Source of the DNA: Patescibacteria group bacterium
GTDB lineage: Bacteria > Patescibacteriota > JABMPQ01 > JAQVVF01
DNA length: 64,000 nucleotides
Direction of reading: 5' to 3'
Assembly: GCA_028699085.1 (NCBI GenBank)
Contig: JAQVVF010000002.1
Span: 68,557 to 132,556, forward strand
Part shown: one piece after another, positions 29,211 to 39,397 of the stretch
Layout of the letters: each line of letters begins with the position of its first letter
Position numbering within the stretch: the first letter of the stretch is position 1
The notes under the pieces: model-generated
Told to the model about the DNA's origin: nothing
The model's input: only the letters and a program-made list of their open reading frames with translations
The model's database searches: none
Translations under genes and position numbers: made by a program

Positions 29211-29693
29211 CTATTCTGTTCCTTTTTCTTTTTCAGAATATAAATAATCATAATCTATTTTTTTGTATTTAAATAATTCATCATTATTAAAAAATCTGAA
29301 TACTTCTTTCTCCGTATTTTCAGGACTATCGGAAGCATGAACAATGTTGCTTGAACCAGATATACATAAATCGCCTCTGATACTTCCAGCATCAGCTTCA
29401 TAGCCCTTTGTTGGTCCAACTAGCAAGCGAACAGCTGATATCGCATTATAACCTTCCAAAACTGCAGCAACACAAGGCGCACTTTTCATAAAACCCTTTA
29501 AGTCATTAAAAAAAGGCTTGTCCTTATGATGAGCATAATGTTCATCTAATAATACATCGCTTAATTGCATCATTTTCAATGCTGTAATTTTCAATCCTTT
29601 TTTTTCAAAACGAGAAATCACTTCACCTAAAAGATTTCTTTGCAAACCATCTGGTTTTATGATAACTAATGTTCTTTCAATTTTGTCTGGCAT
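29211..29693 (-). CDS. ndk: Nucleoside diphosphate kinase with ~25 aa C-terminal extension
   Basis: LVIIKPDG, NIVHASDS (catalytic His region), 160 aa. Confidence 0.92.
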   Translation of the reverse strand: MPDKIERTLVIIKPDGLQRNLLGEVISRFEKKGLKITALKMMQLSDVLLDEHYAHHKDKPFFNDLKGFMKSAPCVAAVLEGYNAISAVRLLVGPTKGYEADAGSIRGDLCISGSSNIVHASDSPENTEKEVFRFFNNDELFKYKKIDYDYLYSEKEKGTE

Positions 29694-29711
29694 AAAATTG
29701 TTTTATTTAAT

Positions 29712-31016
29712 TTAACCTTTAATTTTGTCCATTAATTTTCTTAACTTTTTCAAAATCCTGAACTGTCCATCTTCCATAAAAAAATCTTTCAAATTTATTT
29801 CTTTATTCAATCCTCTTTTTATTCTCTTTCTCCAAGAAGACTGCTCATGTGATTCTATTGTTTCAAGATACAGATTTAATAATTTCTGAGTTTGATTTTG
29901 GATCGAAAATAATTTTGCTAGTTCTAAAGACTTTGTCGACATTTTAGCACGTAAATCTGGATTTCGCAACAACTCTAAAACTTTTTCAGAATATAAATCT
30001 GAATCATCATTTGGAATTTCAAAACCATTCTCTAAATCCGCCACAACTGAAGTCAAACCTTCATCCTTCAACATTACAATTGGCAAACCAGAAGCTGCTG
30101 CTTCCAACAAAACCAAACTTTGAGTATCAGTCTTCGATGCAAAAACAAAAAATTCTGCATCTGCAAAACATTTTGGCACTTCATCTCGATTCGCAAATCC
30201 GCCAAAAATAACTCTGTCTTGCAATTTCATTTTTTCAAATTCATTTTTTAAATCATCTAAACTTGGTCCAGAACCGATTATCGCCATCACGCAATTTTCA
30301 TCTTCTTTAGCTACTTTTTCAAACATCTCCGCTAAAAACATCGGATTCTTGGGAAGAGCCACTCTGCCCAAATACATTATTATTTTCTTGTCAGCTGGAA
30401 TATTAAACTTTGATCTTAAATATTTTTTTTCAACATTACTAAATTTATCCAACTCAATTCCAGTCTGAATAACTGAAATATCATTTTTTACTCCATATTC
30501 TTGCAACATTTTTTTAACTTTTTCCGAAGGCGAAATTAAAGCATCGCATCTTTGGCTATAAAAAACTGAGATATCTTTTGCCAAGCTCATCACTGCTTTA
30601 TCCATCCTATACCAATTTTTAAATAATGAATGACCTGTATATTTTTCATAAAGCGTATGATAAGTATGGACAACTGGAATATTATAAAATAATGCTACAA
30701 TACTTGCATACATTCCCATATAAAATGGCGTATGAGAATGAACTATGTCAATTTTAAATTTATAAAAATCATGAAAAATCGGAGGTAGATTTGGAAGCGT
30801 CATTGTGAATTCCGAAAATACATCTTGCTTCAATGATTCAATACGATAAACTCTTGGACCATCTTTTGGAACATTTCCATTTTCATCTTTTAATAATGGC
30901 GCAAAAATAAAAACCTGATGACCTTGTTTTTCCAGTTCATCTTTGAATAAATCTATTGAGTTCGCAACACCAGAGACATAAGGATGATAGGTGTCTGTAA
31001 AAAATGCTATATTCAC
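29712..31016 (-). CDS. GT4-family (GT-B) glycosyltransferase, GTG start
   Basis: MNIAFFTDTYHPYVSGVA N-terminus, C-terminal EAAASGLPIV-like motif; extra ~60 aa C-terminal region. Confidence 0.82.
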   Translation of the reverse strand: MNIAFFTDTYHPYVSGVANSIDLFKDELEKQGHQVFIFAPLLKDENGNVPKDGPRVYRIESLKQDVFSEFTMTLPNLPPIFHDFYKFKIDIVHSHTPFYMGMYASIVALFYNIPVVHTYHTLYEKYTGHSLFKNWYRMDKAVMSLAKDISVFYSQRCDALISPSEKVKKMLQEYGVKNDISVIQTGIELDKFSNVEKKYLRSKFNIPADKKIIMYLGRVALPKNPMFLAEMFEKVAKEDENCVMAIIGSGPSLDDLKNEFEKMKLQDRVIFGGFANRDEVPKCFADAEFFVFASKTDTQSLVLLEAAASGLPIVMLKDEGLTSVVADLENGFEIPNDDSDLYSEKVLELLRNPDLRAKMSTKSLELAKLFSIQNQTQKLLNLYLETIESHEQSSWRKRIKRGLNKEINLKDFFMEDGQFRILKKLRKLMDKIKG

Positions 31017-31109
31017 GTTAAAAAAGTTAAAAGTTAAAAGTTAAAAGTTAAAAGTTAAAAGTTAAAAGTTAAAAGTTAAAATTAAAAAGTTAAAAGTTAA
31101 AAGTTACAA
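31017..31109. repeat. Tandem heptanucleotide repeat (GTTAAAA)n, ~12 units (8 perfect)
   Basis: Directly read; begins at the nucleotide adjacent to the GTG start of the GT4 gene. Confidence 0.95.
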
Positions 31110-31174
31110 ATCGAAAGTCGTCATCATTCCTTTTTATTTTTTACTTGCAGTTTTTTACTTTTTACTTTTGACTT

Positions 31175-31891
31175 CTATCTTATGTCGACAAAATCACTTG
31201 GCTGTTTTTTTAAAATAAAAACATTCCAATAATTTTTGATGTGAAACCATAAAAATTTAAAAAATCCCTTCTGAAAACGTCTTGGAGATGTATACACAAA
31301 AATCTTTGGATCAAAAACAACTTTACCATATTTTTTTAATTTCTGGCCTAGATATATATCTTCTGCTGATTTTAGATTCAAATCATATCCGCCAGCTTTT
31401 TCAAAAAAATCTTTTCGATATGCAAAATTCATTCCCGTCACATTATCTTTTCCAAATAATCTCGATATGTGCAAAAACAAAGTATAAATATATCTTGCTA
31501 GAAATCTTAAATAAAATGGACCACCGTTCATTCTTACACTGCCATAAAACAAGACCGCATTATTTTCTTCAAAATATTTGCTAATTTGACTAAGCCAGTT
31601 TTTTGGATAAACCGTGTCAGCATCGCAACTAACAATAATATCACCTTGTGCAATTTTAGCTCCAGATTGCCTAGCATAAGACACGCCTTTTCTGTTTTCT
31701 TTAACAATCTTTAAATTAGAAAAATTATGTTTTTTTGCTACATCCAAAACAACGCCTTCAGTATTATCAGTGCAAGCATTCAAGCTAATAATTAATTCAT
31801 AATCAACAAAATCTTGACTGACCAATGATTCAACGCAAGGTCTAATATATTTTTCTTCATTATATGCTGGAACAACAATCGAAATTTTCAT
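31175..31891 (-). CDS. GT2-family glycosyltransferase (polyprenol-phosphate sugar transferase-like)
   Basis: ISIVVPAYNEE, DAD motif (SCDADTVY), 238 aa. Confidence 0.82.
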   Translation of the reverse strand: MKISIVVPAYNEEKYIRPCVESLVSQDFVDYELIISLNACTDNTEGVVLDVAKKHNFSNLKIVKENRKGVSYARQSGAKIAQGDIIVSCDADTVYPKNWLSQISKYFEENNAVLFYGSVRMNGGPFYLRFLARYIYTLFLHISRLFGKDNVTGMNFAYRKDFFEKAGGYDLNLKSAEDIYLGQKLKKYGKVVFDPKIFVYTSPRRFQKGFFKFLWFHIKNYWNVFILKKQPSDFVDIR

Positions 31892-31903
31892 GATCGAAAT
31901 TAA

Positions 31904-32761
31904 TTATAATTTGTTGCAATTAATTTTAATTCCATCTCCAACACATTTTATATCTTCATCCAGATCAGTCCTAAAAACTTTAATGCCTGAATTATTCAAG
32001 TTATCCAAAGTAGTTTGATGCGGATGATGATAAGAATTTTTCAAACCTACCATAATTATACCATAATTCGATGCAACTTTTTCCAAAAAATCCACTGAAC
32101 TTGAATACTTGCTTCCGTGATGCCCAACTTTCAAAATATCACTCTTTAAATCTGCGTTATTATTCAAAATTTCTTTTTCAATTTCCATTCCTGCATCACC
32201 TGTCATCATAATCGAATTTTGTCCATAAATCAACCTTAAAACAATTGAAGAATTATTCAAATCATCACTTTCAACATTATTGATTGGCGCTAATATTTTT
32301 ATTGTTGTTTGACCCAACAAAACCTCATCTCCAGCTTTAACATTCTTTGAAACAATATTTTTTTCTTTAATTAAATTTAATAGTTCCAGATATCCAGCAT
32401 AATCATTTTTAGTTCCATAATATAACACCTCGCCAACATCATATCTTTTTAAAATATCAACTAAACCATCGACATGGTCGCTATGTCCATGACTTAGAAT
32501 TACTAATTCAATTTTTTTATCATAATATGGCATTATTTCTCCTAATTTTGACAGCACTTTACTACCCGGCCCACCATCAATCAAAATATCTTGAGAATCA
32601 GCAGTTCGAAAATAACTAGCATCACCTTGTCCTACATCAAAAAAATAAGCAGTTAATTTTTGATCATTACCTTTAAATACCATTGGCCACAAAACAATGT
32701 TTAACAATCCAAATACCACCATTACGCTATATGCAAATTTTTTATTTTTAATTTTAACCAT
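31904..32761 (-). CDS. ComEC C-terminal metallo-beta-lactamase domain protein (separate gene with its own TM anchor)
   Basis: YFFDVGQGDASYF, ILSHGHSDHVDG motifs; ATG overlaps upstream stop (TAATG). Confidence 0.8.
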   Translation of the reverse strand: MVKIKNKKFAYSVMVVFGLLNIVLWPMVFKGNDQKLTAYFFDVGQGDASYFRTADSQDILIDGGPGSKVLSKLGEIMPYYDKKIELVILSHGHSDHVDGLVDILKRYDVGEVLYYGTKNDYAGYLELLNLIKEKNIVSKNVKAGDEVLLGQTTIKILAPINNVESDDLNNSSIVLRLIYGQNSIMMTGDAGMEIEKEILNNNADLKSDILKVGHHGSKYSSSVDFLEKVASNYGIIMVGLKNSYHHPHQTTLDNLNNSGIKVFRTDLDEDIKCVGDGIKINCNKL

Positions 32762-34227
32762 TATTTTTTTCTTAATGCCCTCCAGATAATATAAATAATA
32801 ACATAATATATAATAACTAACCCAAACCAAATTTTTTTTACTTCAATTGCTGCCCAATTAAATTGCGAAAAAAATTCCACAATCTTAATCATATATGACA
32901 CAAACAACCAGGCAATCAATCCTAATAATTTTCCTAAAGGAAAAAATATTATTCCAGCTAATCCTCCCAAAAAACCAACTAGCATTGTAATCGGAATTAT
33001 CGGCAAGATCAACAAATTTGCTAAAGGTGAAATTAAAGATAATCTTTCAAAATTATTAAATATTATTGGTAAAACCAAAAATTGTGCAGCAAATGTTGTT
33101 GCTAATACCTCTCTCAACTTAAAGACATTCGGCATTTTTTTCAAATATCTCAAAATAATTGGCGTAAAATAAACAATTCCGATCGTTGCCAAAAATGATA
33201 ATTGGAATCCGACATCAAAAGACAAAAACAATGGATTAACTGTAACTATTGCAATTGCCGAAAACAATAACACATTGCGAATATTCGACATCCTGCCAAA
33301 ATTCAATGCCACAACAACTAATCCGCCCATAATTGATGCTCTAATCGCCGACGCTTGGATTCCAGTCAATAATACAAAAAATATTAAACCCAAAACAGCT
33401 AACCAAAACGCCTTTTTGCGATCAAAAACCATTATCCCAAGATATAACAGTATAGAAGAAATCACTGTCACGTGATAACCTGAAACAACAATTACATGAG
33501 ACACGCCAACTAAATTGAATTTATCCAATAATTCCTTCGGCAAACCGCTTTTATTTCCTAACAATAAACCATCAATCAACGATGCCTGAGGTTCTGGCAA
33601 AATTTTATTTATGCTGTCTCTAAAATAATATTTAATTTTCAAAACAAAATTAAATATAAAATTTCCTTTATTCTTATCAGCTAGAATAATCTCTGGATTA
33701 TATACTACAGAATAAATACCTGACTTTGCTAAATAATCACGATAATTAAATTCATTAAACTCTCCAGGATCTTTTAATTTAGCTTTTACTTCCAATAGAT
33801 CGCCATAATTAAAAACTGGATATCTTGGCACTGTAATCAAAATTCTGCCTTTTAAATTTTTATCAAGCTCTTTTGATCTTAAATTGCCAAGCACTAATTT
33901 TGTGTTTTCTATTCGTAAATCAGGTTCAACAATTACCGTTCCAACCAACACAATTTCCCTTTTTTCATTATAATATTGAATCCAATCACTATTTATTTTT
34001 GGCAAAGCTAATTCATATCGAAGCATACCAAGAAAGAAAACGATGATCCCAAATCCAATTACTAAACACACCTTAAATTTATGCCAAATAAAAATCAAAA
34101 TAAAAGCGCAATTTAAAAGCGCTAATTTTATTATTAAATCAATCAAAAAAAATTGAGATAAAAAAATCCCTCCTAAAAATGACACTCCAAGCCAAAAAAA
34201 TATTTTTGCTTTAGACAATTTGAACAC
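32761..34227 (-). CDS. ComEC/Rec2 N-terminal part (DUF4131 + competence membrane domain)
   Basis: Multi-TM protein with ComEC competence-domain-like segments; followed by MBL-domain gene. Confidence 0.75.
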   Translation of the reverse strand: MFKLSKAKIFFWLGVSFLGGIFLSQFFLIDLIIKLALLNCAFILIFIWHKFKVCLVIGFGIIVFFLGMLRYELALPKINSDWIQYYNEKREIVLVGTVIVEPDLRIENTKLVLGNLRSKELDKNLKGRILITVPRYPVFNYGDLLEVKAKLKDPGEFNEFNYRDYLAKSGIYSVVYNPEIILADKNKGNFIFNFVLKIKYYFRDSINKILPEPQASLIDGLLLGNKSGLPKELLDKFNLVGVSHVIVVSGYHVTVISSILLYLGIMVFDRKKAFWLAVLGLIFFVLLTGIQASAIRASIMGGLVVVALNFGRMSNIRNVLLFSAIAIVTVNPLFLSFDVGFQLSFLATIGIVYFTPIILRYLKKMPNVFKLREVLATTFAAQFLVLPIIFNNFERLSLISPLANLLILPIIPITMLVGFLGGLAGIIFFPLGKLLGLIAWLFVSYMIKIVEFFSQFNWAAIEVKKIWFGLVIIYYVIIYIIWRALRKK

Positions 34228-34349
34228 TATATCTGTTCATGACTAAATAAAAAATAAATCAATGATCTAAATATTTGTTCAAAATTTATTATAACAAAAA
34301 GTCCGTGACATTTCACGGACTTATATTTTATACCTTTAATCTATTTTGT

Positions 34350-35498
34350 TTATTTATTCAATTTTCTTCTAATAAAAGCTGGCACATCTAATTCATCATC
34401 ATCTGCCTCAATTGGTCTGCGAGGCTCTTGAATTTTAGGTTTATTATTATCTACTGATTGATAGCTAAATCCCTTAAAAACATCATTTTGGATTGAAGAA
34501 GAAGACGTTGATAATGGCATAGAATCATCTAAGCTCTTTTTCTTTTTCTTAGATGAGAATCCAGTTGCAATTACTGTAATCTTAATTTCATTATTTAAAC
34601 TTTCATCTCTAACAGCGCCAAAGATAATTTTTGCTTTTGGATCAACAGACTCAGTAATAACCTTTGCAGCCTCATCAATTTCTAACATTCCCAAATCATC
34701 ACCGCCAGAAACATTGAATAATACACCAGTCGCACCATCAACAGATTGTTCAAGCAATGGACTATCAATCGCTTTCTTTGCAGCTTCTGCGGCTCTATTC
34801 TCGCCAGATGCAACACCAATACCCATCAATGCTGAACCAGTACCTTCCATAATTGCTCGGACATCTGCAAAGTCAACATTAACAACTCCAGGAATTGTAA
34901 TCAAATCAGATATACCTTGAACACCTTGTCTCAATACTTCATCAATAACCTTGAAAGCATCGGTTAAAGCAGTTTTTTTATCAATTATCTGTAACAACTT
35001 ATCATTAGGAATTGTAATTAATGTATCAACTTTGCTTTCTAATTCTTCATGTCCTTTTTCAGCAATTTCATTTCTTTGAGCGCCTTCAAAAGCAAACGGT
35101 TTTGTTACTACTCCGACAGTCAAAGCACCAGCTTCTTTTGCAATACTAGCAACAACTGGAGCTGCACCTGTACCAGTTCCACCACCAAGACCGCAAGTAA
35201 TAAAAACCATATCACTGCCTTTTACAGCTTCTTGAATTTCTTCTTGATCTTCCTCAGCTGCCTGTCTTCCAATTTCTGGATTCATGCCTGCTCCTAATCC
35301 TCGAGTTAAAGTCTTTCCAATATTAATTCGCGTTTTAATATTTGATACCTGTAATGCTTGTGCGTCAGTATTAACAATAATAAAATCTACACCCTTCATT
35401 GACGAAGAATGCATTCTACTCACCGCTGAACATCCACCTCCACCAACACCGATTACTTTAATTCTTGCAAATGTTTCAATTTCCGGTTTTATCTCCAT
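34350..35498 (-). CDS. ftsZ: Cell division protein FtsZ
   Basis: [20 protein letters not shown] tubulin signature. Confidence 0.97.
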   Translation of the reverse strand: MEIKPEIETFARIKVIGVGGGGCSAVSRMHSSSMKGVDFIIVNTDAQALQVSNIKTRINIGKTLTRGLGAGMNPEIGRQAAEEDQEEIQEAVKGSDMVFITCGLGGGTGTGAAPVVASIAKEAGALTVGVVTKPFAFEGAQRNEIAEKGHEELESKVDTLITIPNDKLLQIIDKKTALTDAFKVIDEVLRQGVQGISDLITIPGVVNVDFADVRAIMEGTGSALMGIGVASGENRAAEAAKKAIDSPLLEQSVDGATGVLFNVSGGDDLGMLEIDEAAKVITESVDPKAKIIFGAVRDESLNNEIKITVIATGFSSKKKKKSLDDSMPLSTSSSSIQNDVFKGFSYQSVDNNKPKIQEPRRPIEADDDELDVPAFIRRKLNK

Positions 35499-35650
35499 AA
35501 ATTTATTTTAAATGCTAAAAAAATATCTTAAACAAAAATGAGCTTATCTAATAGCTCATTATAGGTTAAAAAATTTTATTCATCAAGAATCAATGTGGAT
35601 AAGTTGAACAAGACTATTGTTCAAACCGACCAAATTTTGTTTACAGCAAT

Positions 35651-36886
35651 CTAGGGAAGAAATGTTTTAAACCAACCTTTTATCTTATCGACTGTATTAC
35701 CCATCGAAGAAATTCCAGGGATATCTTTTCTTTCTTCAACATGAGAGAGACCCCACATAATTAAACCTTCTGGAGTTGCATATGATGGATCATCCATCTT
35801 GTCAACGACTCCTGGGATACTTTCTGGAAAGCCTATTTGAGCAGGAAGTCTCAATTCTTTTTTAGCCAAATCAACAATGTTTGGCAACTTCGCACCACCG
35901 CCACATAATACTATTCCTGCCGGCAATTTTCCTGATCGATCAATCTTTCTTAATTCTTTATCTACCATTGAAAACATTTCTGAAAGTCTTGCTTCAATTA
36001 TTTCAACAATTTTTTTTCTAGCAACTAATTGTGGCTCACCGCCAACAATTTTTGATAAATCAACCTCATCTCTTTTATCAACATCAGATGTAGCCGCAAC
36101 TCCATATTCTAATTTAATTCTTTCAGCATCTTCGATTGAGGTTCTTAATCCAATCGCTAAATCATTTGTAATATGTTCTGAACCAATTGGCAAAACAGAA
36201 ACAGTCATTAAGTCACCTTCCTCATAGACAACTAATCCTGTTGTTCCTCCGCCAATATCTACCAAAACAACACCAAGTTCTTTTTGTTTTTTTGACAAAA
36301 CAGAATAACTTGCTGCCAAAGGAGATACAATCAGATCGTCAATTTCGATTCCTGCTCTAGCAATACATTTAGTTAAATTTTTAATATATGATGTAGCACC
36401 TTCAACTATTACAGCCTCAACTTCTAATCTAACGCCATTCATCCCGATTGGATCCTTAATGCCTTCCTGATTGTCAACAATAAAATATCTTGGCACAACA
36501 TGTAAAATTTCATGATTAGGTGGCAATGAAATAGCTGATGCCGCATCAATTGCTCTAGAAACATCATCATTAGTAATTTCATTATCAGCACGACCAACAG
36601 CAATAACACCTTTGCTATTTTCAGAAATAACATGACTGCCGCCAACAGAAACAAAGGCATGCTCAATTGGCACACCACTTGTTCTTTCTGCTTTTTCAAT
36701 AGACGAGGATATACTACTTGTTGCTTCTTCAACATCAACAACAACACCACGTCTTATCCCATTAGAAAAAGATTCCCCCAAACCAATAATTTGCGGTTTT
36801 TCTGTTTCAAAATCAACTCTTGAAACAATTGTTCTAATTTTGTGAGACCCTATATCTAGTCCAACAATAATTTCTTCTTTAGGCAT
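35651..36886 (-). CDS. ftsA: Cell division protein FtsA
   Basis: Actin-like ATPase; VGLDIGSHKIR, DIGGGTT motifs; upstream of ftsZ. Confidence 0.93.
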   Translation of the reverse strand: MPKEEIIVGLDIGSHKIRTIVSRVDFETEKPQIIGLGESFSNGIRRGVVVDVEEATSSISSSIEKAERTSGVPIEHAFVSVGGSHVISENSKGVIAVGRADNEITNDDVSRAIDAASAISLPPNHEILHVVPRYFIVDNQEGIKDPIGMNGVRLEVEAVIVEGATSYIKNLTKCIARAGIEIDDLIVSPLAASYSVLSKKQKELGVVLVDIGGGTTGLVVYEEGDLMTVSVLPIGSEHITNDLAIGLRTSIEDAERIKLEYGVAATSDVDKRDEVDLSKIVGGEPQLVARKKIVEIIEARLSEMFSMVDKELRKIDRSGKLPAGIVLCGGGAKLPNIVDLAKKELRLPAQIGFPESIPGVVDKMDDPSYATPEGLIMWGLSHVEERKDIPGISSMGNTVDKIKGWFKTFLP

Positions 36887-37002
36887 TTAATTTTGATTTT
36901 GTTTTGTAAATATAATACTTTTCAATAATAGATTTATTGTAACAAAAAAATCAATAAATTGTAAGATTAGTTTGTTGATAATTAGATCTAAAAAATTTCT
37001 AA

Positions 37003-37380
37003 TTAAATATTAAATAAATTTAAAATTCTTGGCAAGAATATAATCACTCCAATTGCAACAGCCGCTACTGCTGCAACAAGTACAGTTGCTGCCATCATAT
37101 CTTTAATTACCATTGCATAAGAATGAATTCGAGGCTTCAAAATATCAACGATTCTTTCAAAAATTGAATTAACAAGTTCAGCAAAAATAACCAATGTCAT
37201 TGCAATTATCAATACTAAGGATTCTAATCTTGATACTTTAAAAAATACCATCAAAATTATCACTATCACGGCAAAAAATAAATGGATTCTAAAATTCTGT
37301 TCTTCTTTAAATGTATAAATCAAACCCTTAAAAGAATAACCAAAACTTTTTATCAATCTTTTTAAATCAATTATTTTCAT
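37003..37380 (-). CDS. dgkA: Diacylglycerol/undecaprenol kinase DgkA family
   Basis: 125 aa, 3 TM, NFRIH and AELVNSIFERIVD-like motifs. Confidence 0.75.
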   Translation of the reverse strand: MKIIDLKRLIKSFGYSFKGLIYTFKEEQNFRIHLFFAVIVIILMVFFKVSRLESLVLIIAMTLVIFAELVNSIFERIVDILKPRIHSYAMVIKDMMAATVLVAAVAAVAIGVIIFLPRILNLFNI

Positions 37381-37781
37381 TTTATTTTTTTTAATATCTG
37401 ATTTTGCATAAAAACCATTTTTTTATAACCATTTTCATCTTCATCCGAATAGTCAAAAAGATGTAAAATCCCATGTATAAGAATTTCTGCTAACTCTTCT
37501 TTTTGATTTCTTTTAGCCTTTTTTGCTTGTTTGCTAACTTGATCCAGACAAATAAAAATCTGACCTAAAAATTTCTCTTCTTTAATGTTAAAAGTCAGAA
37601 CATCAGTAATTTTATCAATTTTACGATATTTTCTATTTAAATATCTTATCTCTTTATTTTTAACCAAAACCAGATCAAAGTCATAATTACTTTTTTCATT
37701 CAGATAGCTAAAAGTATTTTTAGCTATCTTTTCAAAAAAGTCTTTACTAATTATTCTCTTTGTGCGATTAATTAAATTCAT
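37377..37781 (-). CDS. ybeY: rRNA maturation RNase YbeY
   Basis: HGILHLFDYSDEDENG (HxxxHxxGYDH-type metal motif). Confidence 0.85.
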   Translation of the reverse strand: MNLINRTKRIISKDFFEKIAKNTFSYLNEKSNYDFDLVLVKNKEIRYLNRKYRKIDKITDVLTFNIKEEKFLGQIFICLDQVSKQAKKAKRNQKEELAEILIHGILHLFDYSDEDENGYKKMVFMQNQILKKIK

Positions 37782-38023
37782 TATTGTTTGAATGCTTGAC
37801 TATCTAATTTTCCAATCCTACGTAAATAATCTCTTTCTTTTCTAAATTCACTGCGCTTAATAGCGCTTCTTCTTGTTAAATTCTTACTTTTCTTTCTTTC
37901 AAATCGTTTTTTGCTTCTTGCCAAAACTAAAACTCCACTTCTCTGAAGTTGTTTTTTAAACCTTCTTAGCATGCTTTCAATTTTCTCATCGCCTCTTTTG
38001 GTTACATCAACCATTAGATTCAC
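37781..38023 (-). CDS. rpsU: 30S ribosomal protein S21
   Basis: MLRRFKKQLQRSGVLVLARSKKRFERKK pattern. Confidence 0.78.
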   Translation of the reverse strand: MNLMVDVTKRGDEKIESMLRRFKKQLQRSGVLVLARSKKRFERKKSKNLTRRSAIKRSEFRKERDYLRRIGKLDSQAFKQ

Positions 38024-38053
38024 CCACCTTTCTAATAAATAATATTTAATAAA

Positions 38054-39388
38054 CTAATTCTTTTGATTTAACTTCTTTTTGATTTCAATAGCTAGATTAT
38101 CTTGACTTAATACTTCCTGAATACCACTTTGCATATCTCTAATTAAAACACTTTTATCTAGAACTTCTTTTTGACCCAAAATTAATGCATATCTAACACC
38201 TTGGTTGCTTGCATATCTTAATTGCGATTTAATACTATCTTTATGCATATTTTCAATAACAAAAATACCATTATCCATTAATGTATTGATAATTCCTAAA
38301 GCTTTTTTTCTAGCCATATCTCCCAACTGTACTAACATTATATCAGCTTTCTTTCTAGGCAAATCTTTCCTTTCTCTGTTCTCTTTTAAATAATTAATTA
38401 TTCTTTCTACACCTAATGCCATGCCTATCGCTGGAGTTTCTCTTCCACCCATAATTTCAACTAAATCATCATATCTGCCTCCACCACCGAAACTTCCTTG
38501 TGAAGCAGATGCCTTTTCAGAAGTTGGCCAAAATTCAAAAGCAGTTTTTGTATAGTAATCTAAACCACGAACTAATTTAGAATTCAAATTATAAGGAATT
38601 TTAGCTTCATCCAAATATTCAAGTACTTCTTTAAAATGATTGTGGCATTCATCACACAAATAATCAATAATTTGAGGTGCTTCATTTACTACTTCCTGGC
38701 ATCTTGAATTTTTGCAATCCAAAATCCTTAAAGGATTCTTTTTTAATCTTTTTTTACAATCAATGCACAATCTTTGTTTTTTACTAGACAAAAAATCAAC
38801 AAGCATTTCACGATATTGTTCACGACAGACTCTACAACCAACACTATTAATCTGAACCTCAAAATTGTTCAATCCAATTTTCTTCAAAACTTTCCATGCA
38901 ATAAAAATAACTTGCGCATCAATAACTGGTTTTGAACTACCCAAAGCTTCAATATTAAATTGATGAAATTCTCTTTGTCTTCCTGCTTGAGGCTTTTCTC
39001 TGCGAAACATCGGACCAACGTAATATAATTTTACTGGTTGAGGATAGGTATGCATTCCATTTTCTATATAAGCTCTAACAACACCGGGAGTACCCTCTGG
39101 TCTTAATGTTAAATCATCTCCCCCTTTGTCTAGAAAAGAAAACATTTCCTTCTGAACAATATCTGTGTTCTCTCCAGTCGATCTTTGGAACAACTCAGTC
39201 CTTTCTAAAATAGGGGTTTCTACTTTACTAAAACCAAAAGTTGCAGTAGTTTTTTCTACAGCATCTAAAAATAAATCCCAATATGGCATTTCTGAAGGCA
39301 ATATATCATGCATCCCTCTAACTTTTTCAACTAATTTTTTCTTTACTCTTAATTTAGGTTTCTTTAATGTTTTCTTAGGTCTGCCCAT
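38054..39388 (-). CDS. hisS: Histidine--tRNA ligase with internal double-CxxC insertion
   Basis: VRGMHDILP, FRREKPQAGRQREFHQ, GGGRYDDL class II / HisRS motifs. Confidence 0.95.
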   Translation of the reverse strand: MGRPKKTLKKPKLRVKKKLVEKVRGMHDILPSEMPYWDLFLDAVEKTTATFGFSKVETPILERTELFQRSTGENTDIVQKEMFSFLDKGGDDLTLRPEGTPGVVRAYIENGMHTYPQPVKLYYVGPMFRREKPQAGRQREFHQFNIEALGSSKPVIDAQVIFIAWKVLKKIGLNNFEVQINSVGCRVCREQYREMLVDFLSSKKQRLCIDCKKRLKKNPLRILDCKNSRCQEVVNEAPQIIDYLCDECHNHFKEVLEYLDEAKIPYNLNSKLVRGLDYYTKTAFEFWPTSEKASASQGSFGGGGRYDDLVEIMGGRETPAIGMALGVERIINYLKENRERKDLPRKKADIMLVQLGDMARKKALGIINTLMDNGIFVIENMHKDSIKSQLRYASNQGVRYALILGQKEVLDKSVLIRDMQSGIQEVLSQDNLAIEIKKKLNQKN

Positions 39389-39397
39389 AGTTAATAA

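Noticed and set aside
31017-31109. Possible CRISPR array
   Set aside because: The unit is 7 bp with no spacers. This is a microsatellite, not CRISPR. No cas genes in window.
36439-36750. 103-aa minus-strand ORF inside ftsA in another frame
   Set aside because: Alternative frame within conserved ftsA. Low-complexity Leu/Lys/Met-rich.
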